Below are positions 31,126 through 41,900 of a DNA stretch of 64,000 nt, one piece after another. The stretch's first letter is position 1. Each line of letters opens with the position of its first letter. The stretch lies in the NCBI GenBank assembly GCA_964005815.1, contig CAXFSR010000013.1:23722-87721 (forward strand), given 5' to 3'. The stretch comes from an uncultured Nitrospinaceae bacterium. GTDB taxonomy: Bacteria; UBA8248. Position numbers and translations under genes: made by a program. The notes beneath the pieces are model-generated. The model worked only from the letters and a program-made list of their open reading frames with translations, ran no database searches and was not told where the DNA came from.

Positions 31126-33021
31126 TTATTTAGATAAACCAGAAAGTGTCTTTGATTCTCCTAAATGATCACGAATCGCATTTACTAGTTGAGCGTTAAT
31201 CCCTTCTACTTCTAATAGTTCTTCATCAGTAGCAGAAGAAACCCCCATAACTCCATTAAACTTTTTTATCAAAGCCCTTCTTTTCTTTGGTCCTAAACCT
31301 TTAACATCACTCAAACTATTTTCGAAATTTTTCCTTTTTCTCTCTTTACGATGGTAGGTAATCGCAAATCTATGAACCTCATCCCTGATTCTTTGAATAA
31401 GATGTTTTTCATCACTATCATTATTTAGTTTTATGGGGGTTTTTTCTTCTGGAATATATATCACATCACTATCTGTTCTATTATCAGAACCCCTTGCCTT
31501 AGAAATAGAACAAACACTTATTAAAGAAACTAAATTCAATTTTTTTAGAACTTCTAGAGCTGCATTAAGTTGACCTTTTCCCCCATCAATCAATAACAAA
31601 TCAGGTAATAATTTACCTTCATTTTTAAGTCTTTTTAAACGTCTATAAACAATTTCTTTTATTGACAAGAAATCATCGGGCTTATTCATTGGATATCTTA
31701 TTCTATATCTCCGATAATCATCATGGAATGGCAACCCATTTTTAAAAGCAACACTTGCACCGACTATTGAATTTCCTTGCAAATTTGAAACATCGAACGC
31801 TTCTATGCGTTCAGGATATTTTTTTAATTTCAACTTTGATTCAATTTCTTCCAATGTATTTCTTAATAGAGATTCTTCATTTTCTTTAGATTCTATTTCT
31901 TCTAAAGCATTTAAACACGCCATTTTAAGTAATTTGTACTTTGTTCCCTTTTTAGGTATCTGTATTTCTACTCTCTTACCTTTTTTAAGAGAAAGCCATT
32001 TGGAAAGAATATTTATATCTTCAGGGAGATCAGATAACAGGATTTCCTGTGGAATCAGATTTTGCTTATTGTAATACTGTTTAACAAAACCTGAAATTAA
32101 TTCTTTCTTTGAAATTTGATTTTGTACTTTGAATGAAAAATTTTGATCACCTAGCAATCGACCTCCTCTCACATAGAAGATACGAAAAGAAGCACGATTA
32201 GACTTCTCATAAAAACCAATTATGTCTTGATCACAATTTTTAGAATACAAAACCTTATGATTTTGGAGGACATACTCTATACTTTTTAAATTATCGCGAA
32301 TGCTTGCTGCTTTTTCAAATCTCATTTCTTCAGAACATACTTCCATTTCTTCACGCAACCTTTTAATCAATTCGCGATCTTTTCCTTTCAGAAAATCGAT
32401 TGTGTTCTTTACACAAATATCATATTCGACTTTTGTTTGAAGTCCATCACATGGCCCAAAGCAACTTTTCATTTGAAAATAAATACATCTTTCTGATGTT
32501 TTATCTTCTATTCCTCCGGTACATGACCTTACATAGAAAGTTTTTTGCAAAAATTTAACTGTTCTCCTCAAACTACTAGTAGAGGGAAATGGACCAAAGT
32601 AAAGATTATTGTCATCTAAAACTCTTCTCACTATCATTAAACGAGGAAAATCTTCGGATGTGGTAAATTTAAGATAAGGAAAACTTTTGCCATCTCTTAA
32701 TTGTATATTATATAAAGGCTTATACTCTTTTATGAAATTATTCTCTAAAACTAGGGCTTCGACTTCATCAAAAGTTACTATATAAGAAATTTCCGCAATA
32801 TCTTCAACCATTTTTGAAATCCATGGACTCCGTCCATGGTTACTTGAAAAATAACTTCTTACTCTAGATCTTAATTTTGATGCTTTTCCAATATATAGGA
32901 CCTTTGCTTCAGAATTTCTGAAAATATAAATCCCTGGCTTTAAGGGCAACAACTTAAATGAATCTCTATTTGAAGTAGAAAGAATTGCAAACTTAGTTTC
33001 TTTAAAATTCAAAGTCTTCAT
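31126..33021 (-). CDS. uvrC: Excinuclease ABC subunit C
   Basis: GIY-YIG (PGIY..YIGKA), FDVSN, LIDGGKGQL, RDEVHRFA and HhH motifs. Confidence 0.96.
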   Translation of the reverse strand: MKTLNFKETKFAILSTSNRDSFKLLPLKPGIYIFRNSEAKVLYIGKASKLRSRVRSYFSSNHGRSPWISKMVEDIAEISYIVTFDEVEALVLENNFIKEYKPLYNIQLRDGKSFPYLKFTTSEDFPRLMIVRRVLDDNNLYFGPFPSTSSLRRTVKFLQKTFYVRSCTGGIEDKTSERCIYFQMKSCFGPCDGLQTKVEYDICVKNTIDFLKGKDRELIKRLREEMEVCSEEMRFEKAASIRDNLKSIEYVLQNHKVLYSKNCDQDIIGFYEKSNRASFRIFYVRGGRLLGDQNFSFKVQNQISKKELISGFVKQYYNKQNLIPQEILLSDLPEDINILSKWLSLKKGKRVEIQIPKKGTKYKLLKMACLNALEEIESKENEESLLRNTLEEIESKLKLKKYPERIEAFDVSNLQGNSIVGASVAFKNGLPFHDDYRRYRIRYPMNKPDDFLSIKEIVYRRLKRLKNEGKLLPDLLLIDGGKGQLNAALEVLKKLNLVSLISVCSISKARGSDNRTDSDVIYIPEEKTPIKLNNDSDEKHLIQRIRDEVHRFAITYHRKERKRKNFENSLSDVKGLGPKKRRALIKKFNGVMGVSSATDEELLEVEGINAQLVNAIRDHLGESKTLSGLSK

Positions 33022-33025
33022 AAAA

Positions 33026-35026
33026 CTAAACCTTAATTCCTAATTGTTTTTTTTCATAACTAAAAATCTTGTCTCTTAAGAGAGCAGCATTTTCAAAATC
33101 TAATTTTTTAGCAGCCTCTCTCATTTCTATACGTAATTTTTCTAAATTAAGTTTGTCCTGTTCTGTAAAATATTCTATTTCCCTTCCGGATTCTATTTCA
33201 CTCACATTCTGTCTTACTTCAGTTCTATCTTCACTGTTTAGCAGAGGATCTAATCTTTTTTCTATCGATTTAGGAATAATTCCTTTTTCCTTATTAAATC
33301 TAAACTGTAAATCTCTTCGTCTATCCATCTCTTCGATAGCACTGCTCATACTCCTTGTCATTTTGTCAGCGTACATAATAACTCTTCCATTCAAATGTCT
33401 AGCAGCTCTACCTGCAGTTTGTATAAGAGCAGTTTCTGATCTTAAAAAACCTTCTTTATCTGCATCAAAAATTGCAACTAATGCTACTTCTGGCAAATCA
33501 AGTCCTTCTCGAAGTAAATTGATTCCAATTAGAATATCAAATTCACCCGCCCTAAAATCTCTTATAATACTAACCCTCTCGACTGCGTCTATATCACTAT
33601 GTAAATATCTGACTCTTAATCCGATATCATCGTAATACTCTGTCAGATCTTCAGAAAATCTTTTAGTAAGGGTAGTTGCTAGAACCCTGTCTCCCTGAGA
33701 AACAACTTTCTTTACCTCAGAAATAAGATCATCTACCTGTGATTTTGCAGAACGAACTTCAACAATTGGATCAATTAATCCTGTTGGCCTAATAATTTGT
33801 TCAACAACCACATTACTACTATTAGAAACTTCATAATCACTTGGAGTAGCCGAAACATATAAAACTTCTGTTAATTCGGCCTCAAACTCATCAAATTTAA
33901 GAGGTCTATTATCTAATGCTGATGGAAGTCTAAATCCGTGTGATACTAAAGTTTCTTTTCGAGATCTATCGCCATTATACATTGCACGAAACTGCGGAAG
34001 AGTTTGGTGGCTCTCATCTATAATAATTAAGGGATCATACTTAAAGTATGAAAACAAAGTGGAAGGTTGCTCTCCTTCTTCTCGACCATCAAGATGTCGA
34101 CTATAATTTTCAATCCCATGGCAAAAACCAACTTCTCTTAACATTTCCAAATCTTCTCGTGTTCTGTCGCTTATACGTTTCCCTTCAAGGAATTTGTCCT
34201 CTTTTTCTAAGTAATTTATTTGCCCACACATTTCTTCCTCTATTTTATTAATCGCTATATTTAGTCTCTCATCTGGAGTTATATAATGGCTATTTGGATA
34301 CAACTCTACAAAATTAATTTCTTCACCTTTAGACCTTCTTAAATGATCGATCTTAGAAATTTTGTCAATTTCATCTCCAAAAAGTTCAATTCGGACAATA
34401 TAATCATCTATATGGGGAAGATGTATGTCTATGACATCTCCTCTCACTCGAAAAGTTGAACGTAAAAGTTCTATATCATCTCTTTTATATTGTATTTTAA
34501 CTAGATCTTTTAGAAATTCTTGGCGATTAATACTCATTCCTTTTTCTAACTTCAAATGTAAATCAGTAAAATCAGAAGGGTGACCTAAGCCATAAATGGA
34601 ACTAACACTGGCGACTACCAATACGTCTTTTCTTGTTAGTGCTGAGAGGGTTGCTGAATGTCTAAGTCTATCAAGTTCATCGTTAATAGACGCATCCTTT
34701 TCAATAAAAGTATTAGTAGTAGGGACGTAAGCCTCGGGTTGATAGTAATCATAATAACTTACAAAAAATTCTACGGCATTCTTGGGGAAAAAATCTTTAA
34801 ACTCATTATAAAGCTGAGCAGCAAGTGTTTTATTATGAGCTAAAACTAACGTAGGTTTATTTAATTTCTGAACAACATTTGCCATTGTAAAAGTTTTACC
34901 AGATCCAGTTACACCCAGTAAAACTTGCTTTTTCTTCCCATCTTGAAAATTCTTTACTATTCCATTAATCGCTGATGGCTGATCTCCAGCAGGGATAAAA
35001 TCAGAAAAAAGTTGAAAATCACTCAT
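33026..35026 (-). CDS. uvrB: Excinuclease ABC subunit B
   Basis: GVTGSGKT, YYDYYQPEAY, DESH and GINLLREGLD motifs; C-terminal UVR domain. Confidence 0.98.
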   Translation of the reverse strand: MSDFQLFSDFIPAGDQPSAINGIVKNFQDGKKKQVLLGVTGSGKTFTMANVVQKLNKPTLVLAHNKTLAAQLYNEFKDFFPKNAVEFFVSYYDYYQPEAYVPTTNTFIEKDASINDELDRLRHSATLSALTRKDVLVVASVSSIYGLGHPSDFTDLHLKLEKGMSINRQEFLKDLVKIQYKRDDIELLRSTFRVRGDVIDIHLPHIDDYIVRIELFGDEIDKISKIDHLRRSKGEEINFVELYPNSHYITPDERLNIAINKIEEEMCGQINYLEKEDKFLEGKRISDRTREDLEMLREVGFCHGIENYSRHLDGREEGEQPSTLFSYFKYDPLIIIDESHQTLPQFRAMYNGDRSRKETLVSHGFRLPSALDNRPLKFDEFEAELTEVLYVSATPSDYEVSNSSNVVVEQIIRPTGLIDPIVEVRSAKSQVDDLISEVKKVVSQGDRVLATTLTKRFSEDLTEYYDDIGLRVRYLHSDIDAVERVSIIRDFRAGEFDILIGINLLREGLDLPEVALVAIFDADKEGFLRSETALIQTAGRAARHLNGRVIMYADKMTRSMSSAIEEMDRRRDLQFRFNKEKGIIPKSIEKRLDPLLNSEDRTEVRQNVSEIESGREIEYFTEQDKLNLEKLRIEMREAAKKLDFENAALLRDKIFSYEKKQLGIKV

Positions 35027-35086
35027 AGAAAACCTTTTGCGATATAAAATCTAATTCAGAAAAAAGAAAGTGATTAAAAGAGAAGA

Positions 35087-35596
35087 TTAAAAATATTTTG
35101 TCCACTTCTCAGTGGAAAATATTACAGAAGATTTTCCAAAACCACCAATCAAGGGAAAAACAGGTTGAGTTGGTTTTGAAATAAGAATCATACCAACTTC
35201 CTCAGGAAGTCGATTACCCTTTTTCGCATTACAAACTCTACAACTACATACTACATTCTTCCAGGTCGATTTTCCTCCTTTGGAACGAGGGAAAATGTGA
35301 TCCAATGTCATCTCGCCGTTAGAAGAACCGCAATATTGACATGTGAATTGATCCCTTTTCAAAACATTTTTTTTACTAAACGGAACTTTTTTCTTTCTGA
35401 TTTTCAAATAAACATACTTCTTAAGTCGAATCACAGAAGGAAGAAATAATTGGGAAGTCTCACTTCTTATTTCGAATTCACCAGACTCCACGACCTCTGC
35501 TTTCCCAAGAAGACTCATCTTTATCGCTCGTTTTGCTCCACACACATTGATCGGCTCATAACTCTGATTTAAAACAAGAACTCGAAAGGCTTCCAT
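35087..35596 (-). CDS. HNH endonuclease (McrA-like stand-alone family)
   Basis: VLVLNQSYEP N-terminus; RDQFTCQYCG...TLDHIFPRSKGG..W.NVVCSCRVCNAKKG; GGAG RBS. Confidence 0.92.
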   Translation of the reverse strand: MEAFRVLVLNQSYEPINVCGAKRAIKMSLLGKAEVVESGEFEIRSETSQLFLPSVIRLKKYVYLKIRKKKVPFSKKNVLKRDQFTCQYCGSSNGEMTLDHIFPRSKGGKSTWKNVVCSCRVCNAKKGNRLPEEVGMILISKPTQPVFPLIGGFGKSSVIFSTEKWTKYF

Positions 35597-35779
35597 AAAT
35601 AAATCTCCTAAGTAAAACAGGAATTCAAATATAACCTATTTATGGTAAAACATCACTTTGATAGGCAAAATTAGTATAATAAATAAAGCAGATTCGAAAA
35701 CAATAAATAAAAAACATTTCACGAGCTTAAAGATTTTTCAGTTATATTTTTCAATTTTAGTTTCGTCGGAGTTTGAAAA

Positions 35780-37969
35780 ATGATTTTTTTTAAAAAAATA
35801 CTAAAACTTCACATTTTTAAGTTCATCTTAATTATTTTTTTTACAATCGGAATTCTTTTGGGATTAGGAGTTTCTTTCCTTTTTGAATTCCCTGAACTTG
35901 ACCGATTAAAAAATTATCAACCAAACACAACCACTAGGATTTTTGATTCTAAGGGAAAACTTATTGCAGAACTTTACCTCGAAAGAAGAGAACCAACTTC
36001 GTTATCTAAAATACCAATCCAACTTCGACAAGCTTTTTTGTCTATTGAAGATGCAAGATTCTACGAACATCCCGGCGTAAGCTATCCTGATATTATAAGA
36101 GCTTTTTTTGTGAATTTGCAAAGTGGTCGTTTTGTACAAGGTGGAAGCACAATTACTCAGCAACTAGCAAAAGTACTATTTCTTACACCGGAAAGGACTT
36201 TGAAAAGAAAAATCAAAGAAGCTTTGTTAGCAATAGAAATTGAAAAACGCTTCACAAAAGATGAAATTCTAGAATTTTATTTAAATCAAATTTATTTGGG
36301 AAATGGAGCATACGGTGTACAAGCGGCTTCTAAAATTTATTTTGGTAAAAAACTATCTGAGCTTACTTTAGCAGAAAGTGCACTTCTTGCCGGACTACCT
36401 AAGGCACCCTCTAAATTCAATCCAAGGAAAAACCCCAAAAGATCAATAGCGCGCCGAAACTTAGTATTAAAGAGAATGTTGAGTGAAAAATTTATAAAGA
36501 AAACAGAAAAGGATTCTGCACAGGATGAATTTCTTAGATTAAATCCTTTTACTTTAAACCAAATTCCTGAAACTGCTTATTTTGTCGAACATGTTCGAAA
36601 ACAGTTATCTAAAAGATATGGAAATACTATGTATCGAAGCGGTCTTCAAGTTTATACAACACTTGATATATCCCTTCAAAAAAATGTAGATAATGCTCTT
36701 CGAAGAGGCATTTATAAATTAAATAGGATGAGAGGTTTTAAAGACGCTTCTAAAAATTTGACAAAACATCCAAAACTTGGAGATCGTTTCCAATTTAGAA
36801 TTACTGAAGTTAGAAGAAAAAAAATTCTTGGAATTATTGGTATTTATGAAGCACATATGAAAATTCCAAAGGAGATTAATTATAAACTACTTAATTCAGG
36901 TGATATTGTTCTAGGTAAAGTTAAAAACTTAAATAAAAAATCAAAAAGAATTTTTTTAAAATGGCAAGAAACTATACAAGGAGCAGTTATAGCATTTGAT
37001 CCACGTTCTGGTGCAGTTAGAGCAATGACTGGGGGAACAAATTTCAGACGTTTCAAGTTCAATAGAGCAGTACAAGCCAAAAGACAACCTGGTTCTGCTT
37101 TTAAATCAATTATAATGGGAAGTGCCCTATCTTTAGGCTATGGTCCCAACCACATTCTAATGGATTCTCCCTTCGTAGAACGTATACCTGGGACAAAAAG
37201 AGTTTGGAAACCTACAAATTATTCTGAGAAATTTTATGGGCCTGTTACTATGCGAAACGCACTAGAAAAATCACTTAATTTAGCAACCATAAAACTTTTA
37301 ATACAAATAAAACCTAAGAAAGCTATAAAATTTGCGAGAAGACTTGGGATACATTCAAAAATGTATCCCTATTTATCTTTAGCATTAGGTTCAATAGAAG
37401 TAACTCCCTATGAATTTATTTCATCTTACATACCATTTGCCACTAACGGTATCTACGCACGTCCATACGAAATAGAAAGAATTACAGATGATGAAAATCG
37501 TATAATGGAAAAATTTATTCCCCAATTTAACCTTGCCATAAGTCCAGAAACTGCATTTCAAATGAAACTATTACTGAGAGGAGTAGTTACTGACGGAACA
37601 GCAAAATTAGCAAAAAGTATAAAACTTTTTGTTGCAGGCAAAACTGGAACTACTAATAAGTACAAAGACGCTTGGTTTGTCGGATTCTCTCCTGACCTAG
37701 TTCTTGGGGTATGGGTAGGTAGGGATAGCAACAAAAATATGGGATTTCGAGCTTCTGGAGGTTCTGCAGCACTTCCTATTTGGGTAGAAATAATGAAAAA
37801 ATGGAGTAAAAGAAAAGGAGATAAATTTAATTATCCAAAATCTCCACCGAAAGTGAAACTTATTAAAATAGATTACAAGTCGGGTTTTCTACCTTCAAAA
37901 AAATGTAAAGGGAAAATTATTTTAGAAGCATTTATTGATGGAACAGAACCAACTGAAAAATGTTCATGA
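35780..37969 (+). CDS. mrcA: Penicillin-binding protein 1A
   Basis: GT motifs EDARFYEH and GGSTITQQL; TP motifs SAFK, SLN and KTG. Confidence 0.93.
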   Translation: MIFFKKILKLHIFKFILIIFFTIGILLGLGVSFLFEFPELDRLKNYQPNTTTRIFDSKGKLIAELYLERREPTSLSKIPIQLRQAFLSIEDARFYEHPGVSYPDIIRAFFVNLQSGRFVQGGSTITQQLAKVLFLTPERTLKRKIKEALLAIEIEKRFTKDEILEFYLNQIYLGNGAYGVQAASKIYFGKKLSELTLAESALLAGLPKAPSKFNPRKNPKRSIARRNLVLKRMLSEKFIKKTEKDSAQDEFLRLNPFTLNQIPETAYFVEHVRKQLSKRYGNTMYRSGLQVYTTLDISLQKNVDNALRRGIYKLNRMRGFKDASKNLTKHPKLGDRFQFRITEVRRKKILGIIGIYEAHMKIPKEINYKLLNSGDIVLGKVKNLNKKSKRIFLKWQETIQGAVIAFDPRSGAVRAMTGGTNFRRFKFNRAVQAKRQPGSAFKSIIMGSALSLGYGPNHILMDSPFVERIPGTKRVWKPTNYSEKFYGPVTMRNALEKSLNLATIKLLIQIKPKKAIKFARRLGIHSKMYPYLSLALGSIEVTPYEFISSYIPFATNGIYARPYEIERITDDENRIMEKFIPQFNLAISPETAFQMKLLLRGVVTDGTAKLAKSIKLFVAGKTGTTNKYKDAWFVGFSPDLVLGVWVGRDSNKNMGFRASGGSAALPIWVEIMKKWSKRKGDKFNYPKSPPKVKLIKIDYKSGFLPSKKCKGKIILEAFIDGTEPTEKCS

Positions 37970-38941
37970 TGTAATGTCAAAATCTAATAACGCATTGATA
38001 AATTTATTCGTATCAAAATCAACTAAATCTTTCTCATGCTCTCCAAAACCTAAATAACAGACCGGTACTTTACTTTCATTAGTTGCTGAAACTATCATTC
38101 CTCCTCTTGAGGTACCTTCTACTTTAGTCATAATTAAACCCGTCAATTGAATACAAGCATTAAATTCCTTTACCTGATTCAATGCATTCTGACCTGTATT
38201 TGCATCAATTACTAGGAAGACTTCATGGGGAGAATTAATGATAACTTTACCGCATACTCTATGTACTTTCTTTATTTCTTCCATCAAATTTTTCTTGTTC
38301 TGTAGTCGACCTGCTGTATCAATTATAATCACATCTGTTTTCTGTGCATTACCTGATTCTAAAGCATCGAAAACTACGGAAGATGGATCTGCCCCATCGG
38401 AACGACTTACAAAATCACATCCGATTTTTTTTGCCCAAAAATTTATCTGTTCAGTTGCAGCAGCTCTAAAAGTATCTGCACCAACTAACATCACTTTTTT
38501 TCCAGTAGACATTTCTTTCAAAGCAAGTTTACCTGCTGTAGTTGTCTTTCCAACTCCGTTAACTCCAACAAGTAAAATTACCTTCGGGCCATTTCTTTCA
38601 TCTTCAGGAAATTTAGTTACCTTCTGTGTTTCAGGGAAAAAAGATAATAAAATCTTCTTCATACGTTCATGAGTCGATTCTCCTAAATTCTCTCCTGCAC
38701 GCAATCTATCAAGAACTTGAGACACTAAACGAGGTCCCAAATCAGACACATAAAGAGCTTCCTCAATCCTTTCATACATTTTCTCATCTATTTTATCTGT
38801 TAGAAAAATATTTTTTAATTTTGAAAATAATTTATTTCTAGTAGGAGATAAACCATCATAGAAACGATTTTCCTGAATATCTTTAGATGCAAGTCTCTTT
38901 TTTATTCGTTCAAAAAACAAGATTAATCTCTTTGCTATCAA
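37964..38941 (-). CDS. ftsY: SRP receptor FtsY
   Basis: GVNGVGKTTT, DTFRAAA, DTAGR and TKVEGTSRGG motifs; follows smc. Confidence 0.95.
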   Translation of the reverse strand: MIAKRLILFFERIKKRLASKDIQENRFYDGLSPTRNKLFSKLKNIFLTDKIDEKMYERIEEALYVSDLGPRLVSQVLDRLRAGENLGESTHERMKKILLSFFPETQKVTKFPEDERNGPKVILLVGVNGVGKTTTAGKLALKEMSTGKKVMLVGADTFRAAATEQINFWAKKIGCDFVSRSDGADPSSVVFDALESGNAQKTDVIIIDTAGRLQNKKNLMEEIKKVHRVCGKVIINSPHEVFLVIDANTGQNALNQVKEFNACIQLTGLIMTKVEGTSRGGMIVSATNESKVPVCYLGFGEHEKDLVDFDTNKFINALLDFDITS

Positions 38942-38966
38942 GAATTGAGGAATTAGTTATTAGAAT

Positions 38967-41900
38967 TTAGTTGCTTCTTATTGATTGTTCTACGTTATCA
39001 TTTTTTTTTCTATTAAGCTGAACAGAAACAACTTCCGAAACTCCTTTTTCTCGCTGAGTTATTCCATATAATTGTGAAGCGAATGACATCGTTTTCTTAT
39101 TATGAGTAATAACTATGAATTGGCTTCTATCCTCTAGTTCTCCAAGTACTTCCCTAAACCTTATAACATTGGCATCATCCAGAGTTGCATCTACTTCATC
39201 AAGCAAACAAAATGGACTAGGTCTCACGGAAAACACAGAAAAAAGCAAGGAAATGGCAGTGAGAGCTTTTTCTCCAGCAGATAGTAGCATAATGTTAGAG
39301 GGACGTTTCCCTGGAGGCTTAACTTCTATATCTACTCCACTTTCTAAAGGTTTTTCAGGTTCTAACATAAACAACTTTGCCTCTCCCCCAGAAAATAGCC
39401 TTCCGAAAATATCTTCAAAATGTTTTTGTACTTTTTCGAATGCATCAAGAAACTTTGTTTTTGTTGTTCTATTTAATTTTTCTATAGTGTCTTTTAAATT
39501 TAAAATTGACTGATCAAGATCTTCCCTTTGCTCTTTTAAGAAAGAGAATTCTTCATTAACTTCATCATATTCTTGCGCAGCTAAATGATTTACTTCTCCT
39601 AATTTTGAGAACCTATTGTTTAAATCATCTAATTTCTCCGTTTTTTCCCTGTATGAAGATAATTCCTCTCGAAACTCATCAATTTTCGTATGAACACTAA
39701 CTCCATGCTTCTGTAAAACTTGTGCAACCATCGCATCTTTTTTAACTTGTAAAGTAGTTCTAGTTTCCGAAGCATTTGCAATTTTTTCAGAAATTTGATC
39801 AGATTCGTTCCTGAGACTCCTTATCTGATTGCCTAAGTTTTCGTTCTGTATTTGAATATCTGTAAGATCTTTATCCTGCTCAATCTCACTCTGAATCATT
39901 CTTTGGTTTTCAATTTCAAGGTCTTTAGACTGTTCTTCAAAAGATTCTATACTTTCTTGAGTTTCTTTTCTCTTATTATTTATTTCTTCGACATCTGACA
40001 AACAATTTTTTTTACGGAGACGACTTTTCTCAATAGATTCTCCGAGTCTATTCAACTCACTCTGGATTGATAACACCTTTCCAGAAAATTCAGTCAATGC
40101 AACACGTAACTTAGAGTGTACTCTTTCTTCTATAGAAATGAGTTTGATTTCTAACTGTCTTTGATTCTCTATTCCAACTCTCAATTCATCTTCAGCAGAC
40201 TGAAGTTGCGTCGATATACGATGGAAATTAGCAACTGATTCAGACAAACTAGTTTCATTATTATCAATTTCTAATTTCAACTCCTCACATTTTCTATTTC
40301 TTTCCAAAACTCCAGTAGTATCAAGTTTCGATGACCCACATTCGAAAGAACCATTCGGATAAATAATTTCTCCATTTAAAGTCACCCAAGTAACATTGGA
40401 AGGTCCGGTCAACCAAGAACTATAAGCAACATCAATATCTTCTACTATCGCCACCCCACCTAAAAATTGAGATATACAATCTTTAAATTCATTTTTACTA
40501 CTAACTAGAGATGCTGCAGAACCGAAAACTTTTTCAGATCTCGGAATTTCGGGAAGAGTCTTTTCCTTTGAATTAATAGAAATAGCCAAAGCACGAATAT
40601 CACCTTTTTTTGCGAAATTTTTTATGGCGGAAAAAGCATCATCTGGATTATCAACAACCACACTGAACAAAAGTTCTTTTAAAATTGACTCTATAGCTTT
40701 TTCATATCTCTTCTCAACTACAATAGAATCCGAAAACAAACTCATTGCTGTTAAACCCAAATCAAGAAAATCATTCACACCAGCTCTTTGCTTTAGTGAA
40801 GAATCTATTGTCGATTGAATAGCCTGCAACAACGTTCTTTTTTCAAGGATATTATCCTTAAGTTCTGTATTTTTCATTTCATATTCTGTCCGCACTTTTT
40901 TTAATCTTGAACATTTTTCTTCATATGTAGAAACTTCATTCTTCAGTTTTTCCTGCGCATCAATAACTTCTTTAACCTGAGAGAAATATTCCTTTAAGTT
41001 TTCCTCTACTTTCTGATCGTAATATTGAGATAAATCCATGTTTTCTTTTACAGCCGTAATAAACTCTTTAAAAAGCGAATCTTCTCCTCTAGTTTTATCG
41101 ACCAGATTTTTAAACTTGTCTTCTTCTTCAATTAATAGTCTCTTTTCATTTTCAAATCTATTAATCTCTTCTTCAAGCGTAGAACCCTCGTTTTCTCTTT
41201 TAAGTTTCTCTGTTGCTAATTCTCTAAGTCGATTAGAAAAGATTTCTTTCTGTTCTTTAAGACGAATAATCTTTCCATCTACTTGAACTATACGTTGTTT
41301 TGTATTGGATATAAGTTCGGATTTTTGCTGCAGTTCTATTCTTACTCTTTCTCTGTCAGATTCGACTGCAGATATTTTAGAAAGAACAACTTGCTCGTTC
41401 TCTTTCAATTTCTCTAAATCTAATTCAGCAGGTCTAAGCTCATTTGTTATTTTCAGAAAATCAAGAACAGAAACACATAAATCTAAATCTTTAATATCTT
41501 CTTGGTATTCTTTGTAATATTTTGCTTTTCTAGCCTGTCGACGCAAAGAATTTAATCTTGACTCTTTCTCACGCATCACATCATCCATACGGGTAAGATT
41601 ACCCATAGACAATTCTAATTTTCTCATTGCTTCATTCCTACGGTTCTTATATTTCATAATTCCAGCAGCTTCTTCAATAAGAACTCTCCGATCCATAGGC
41701 TTGGAATTAACTAGTTCTTCTATTCTGCCTTGTTCTACTATTGAAAATGTGTCCAAAGATACACCCGTATCTAGAAATAGATCAGTAATATCTTTTAATC
41801 TACAAAAATTCTTATTTATTAAATATTCGCTTTCTCCTGAGCGATATAAACGCCTTGTAACTACAATTTCCTCAAAATCCTTATACTTGAGATCTGTTAT

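Noticed and set aside
33069..33635. 188-aa plus-strand ORF, and the many other short antisense ORFs in the track
   Set aside because: They lie fully opposite conserved genes; S/I/F/L-rich mirror translations are expected from codon bias.
35087..35596. HNH as part of a CRISPR, IscB, retron or restriction system
   Set aside because: Only 169 aa; no RuvC, array, ncRNA-sized gap, methyltransferase or mobile-element ends nearby.
35597..35779. Possible LexA box or ncRNA upstream of HNH-uvrB
   Set aside because: No convincing palindrome or stable structure; only an isolated TATAAT in AT-rich DNA.
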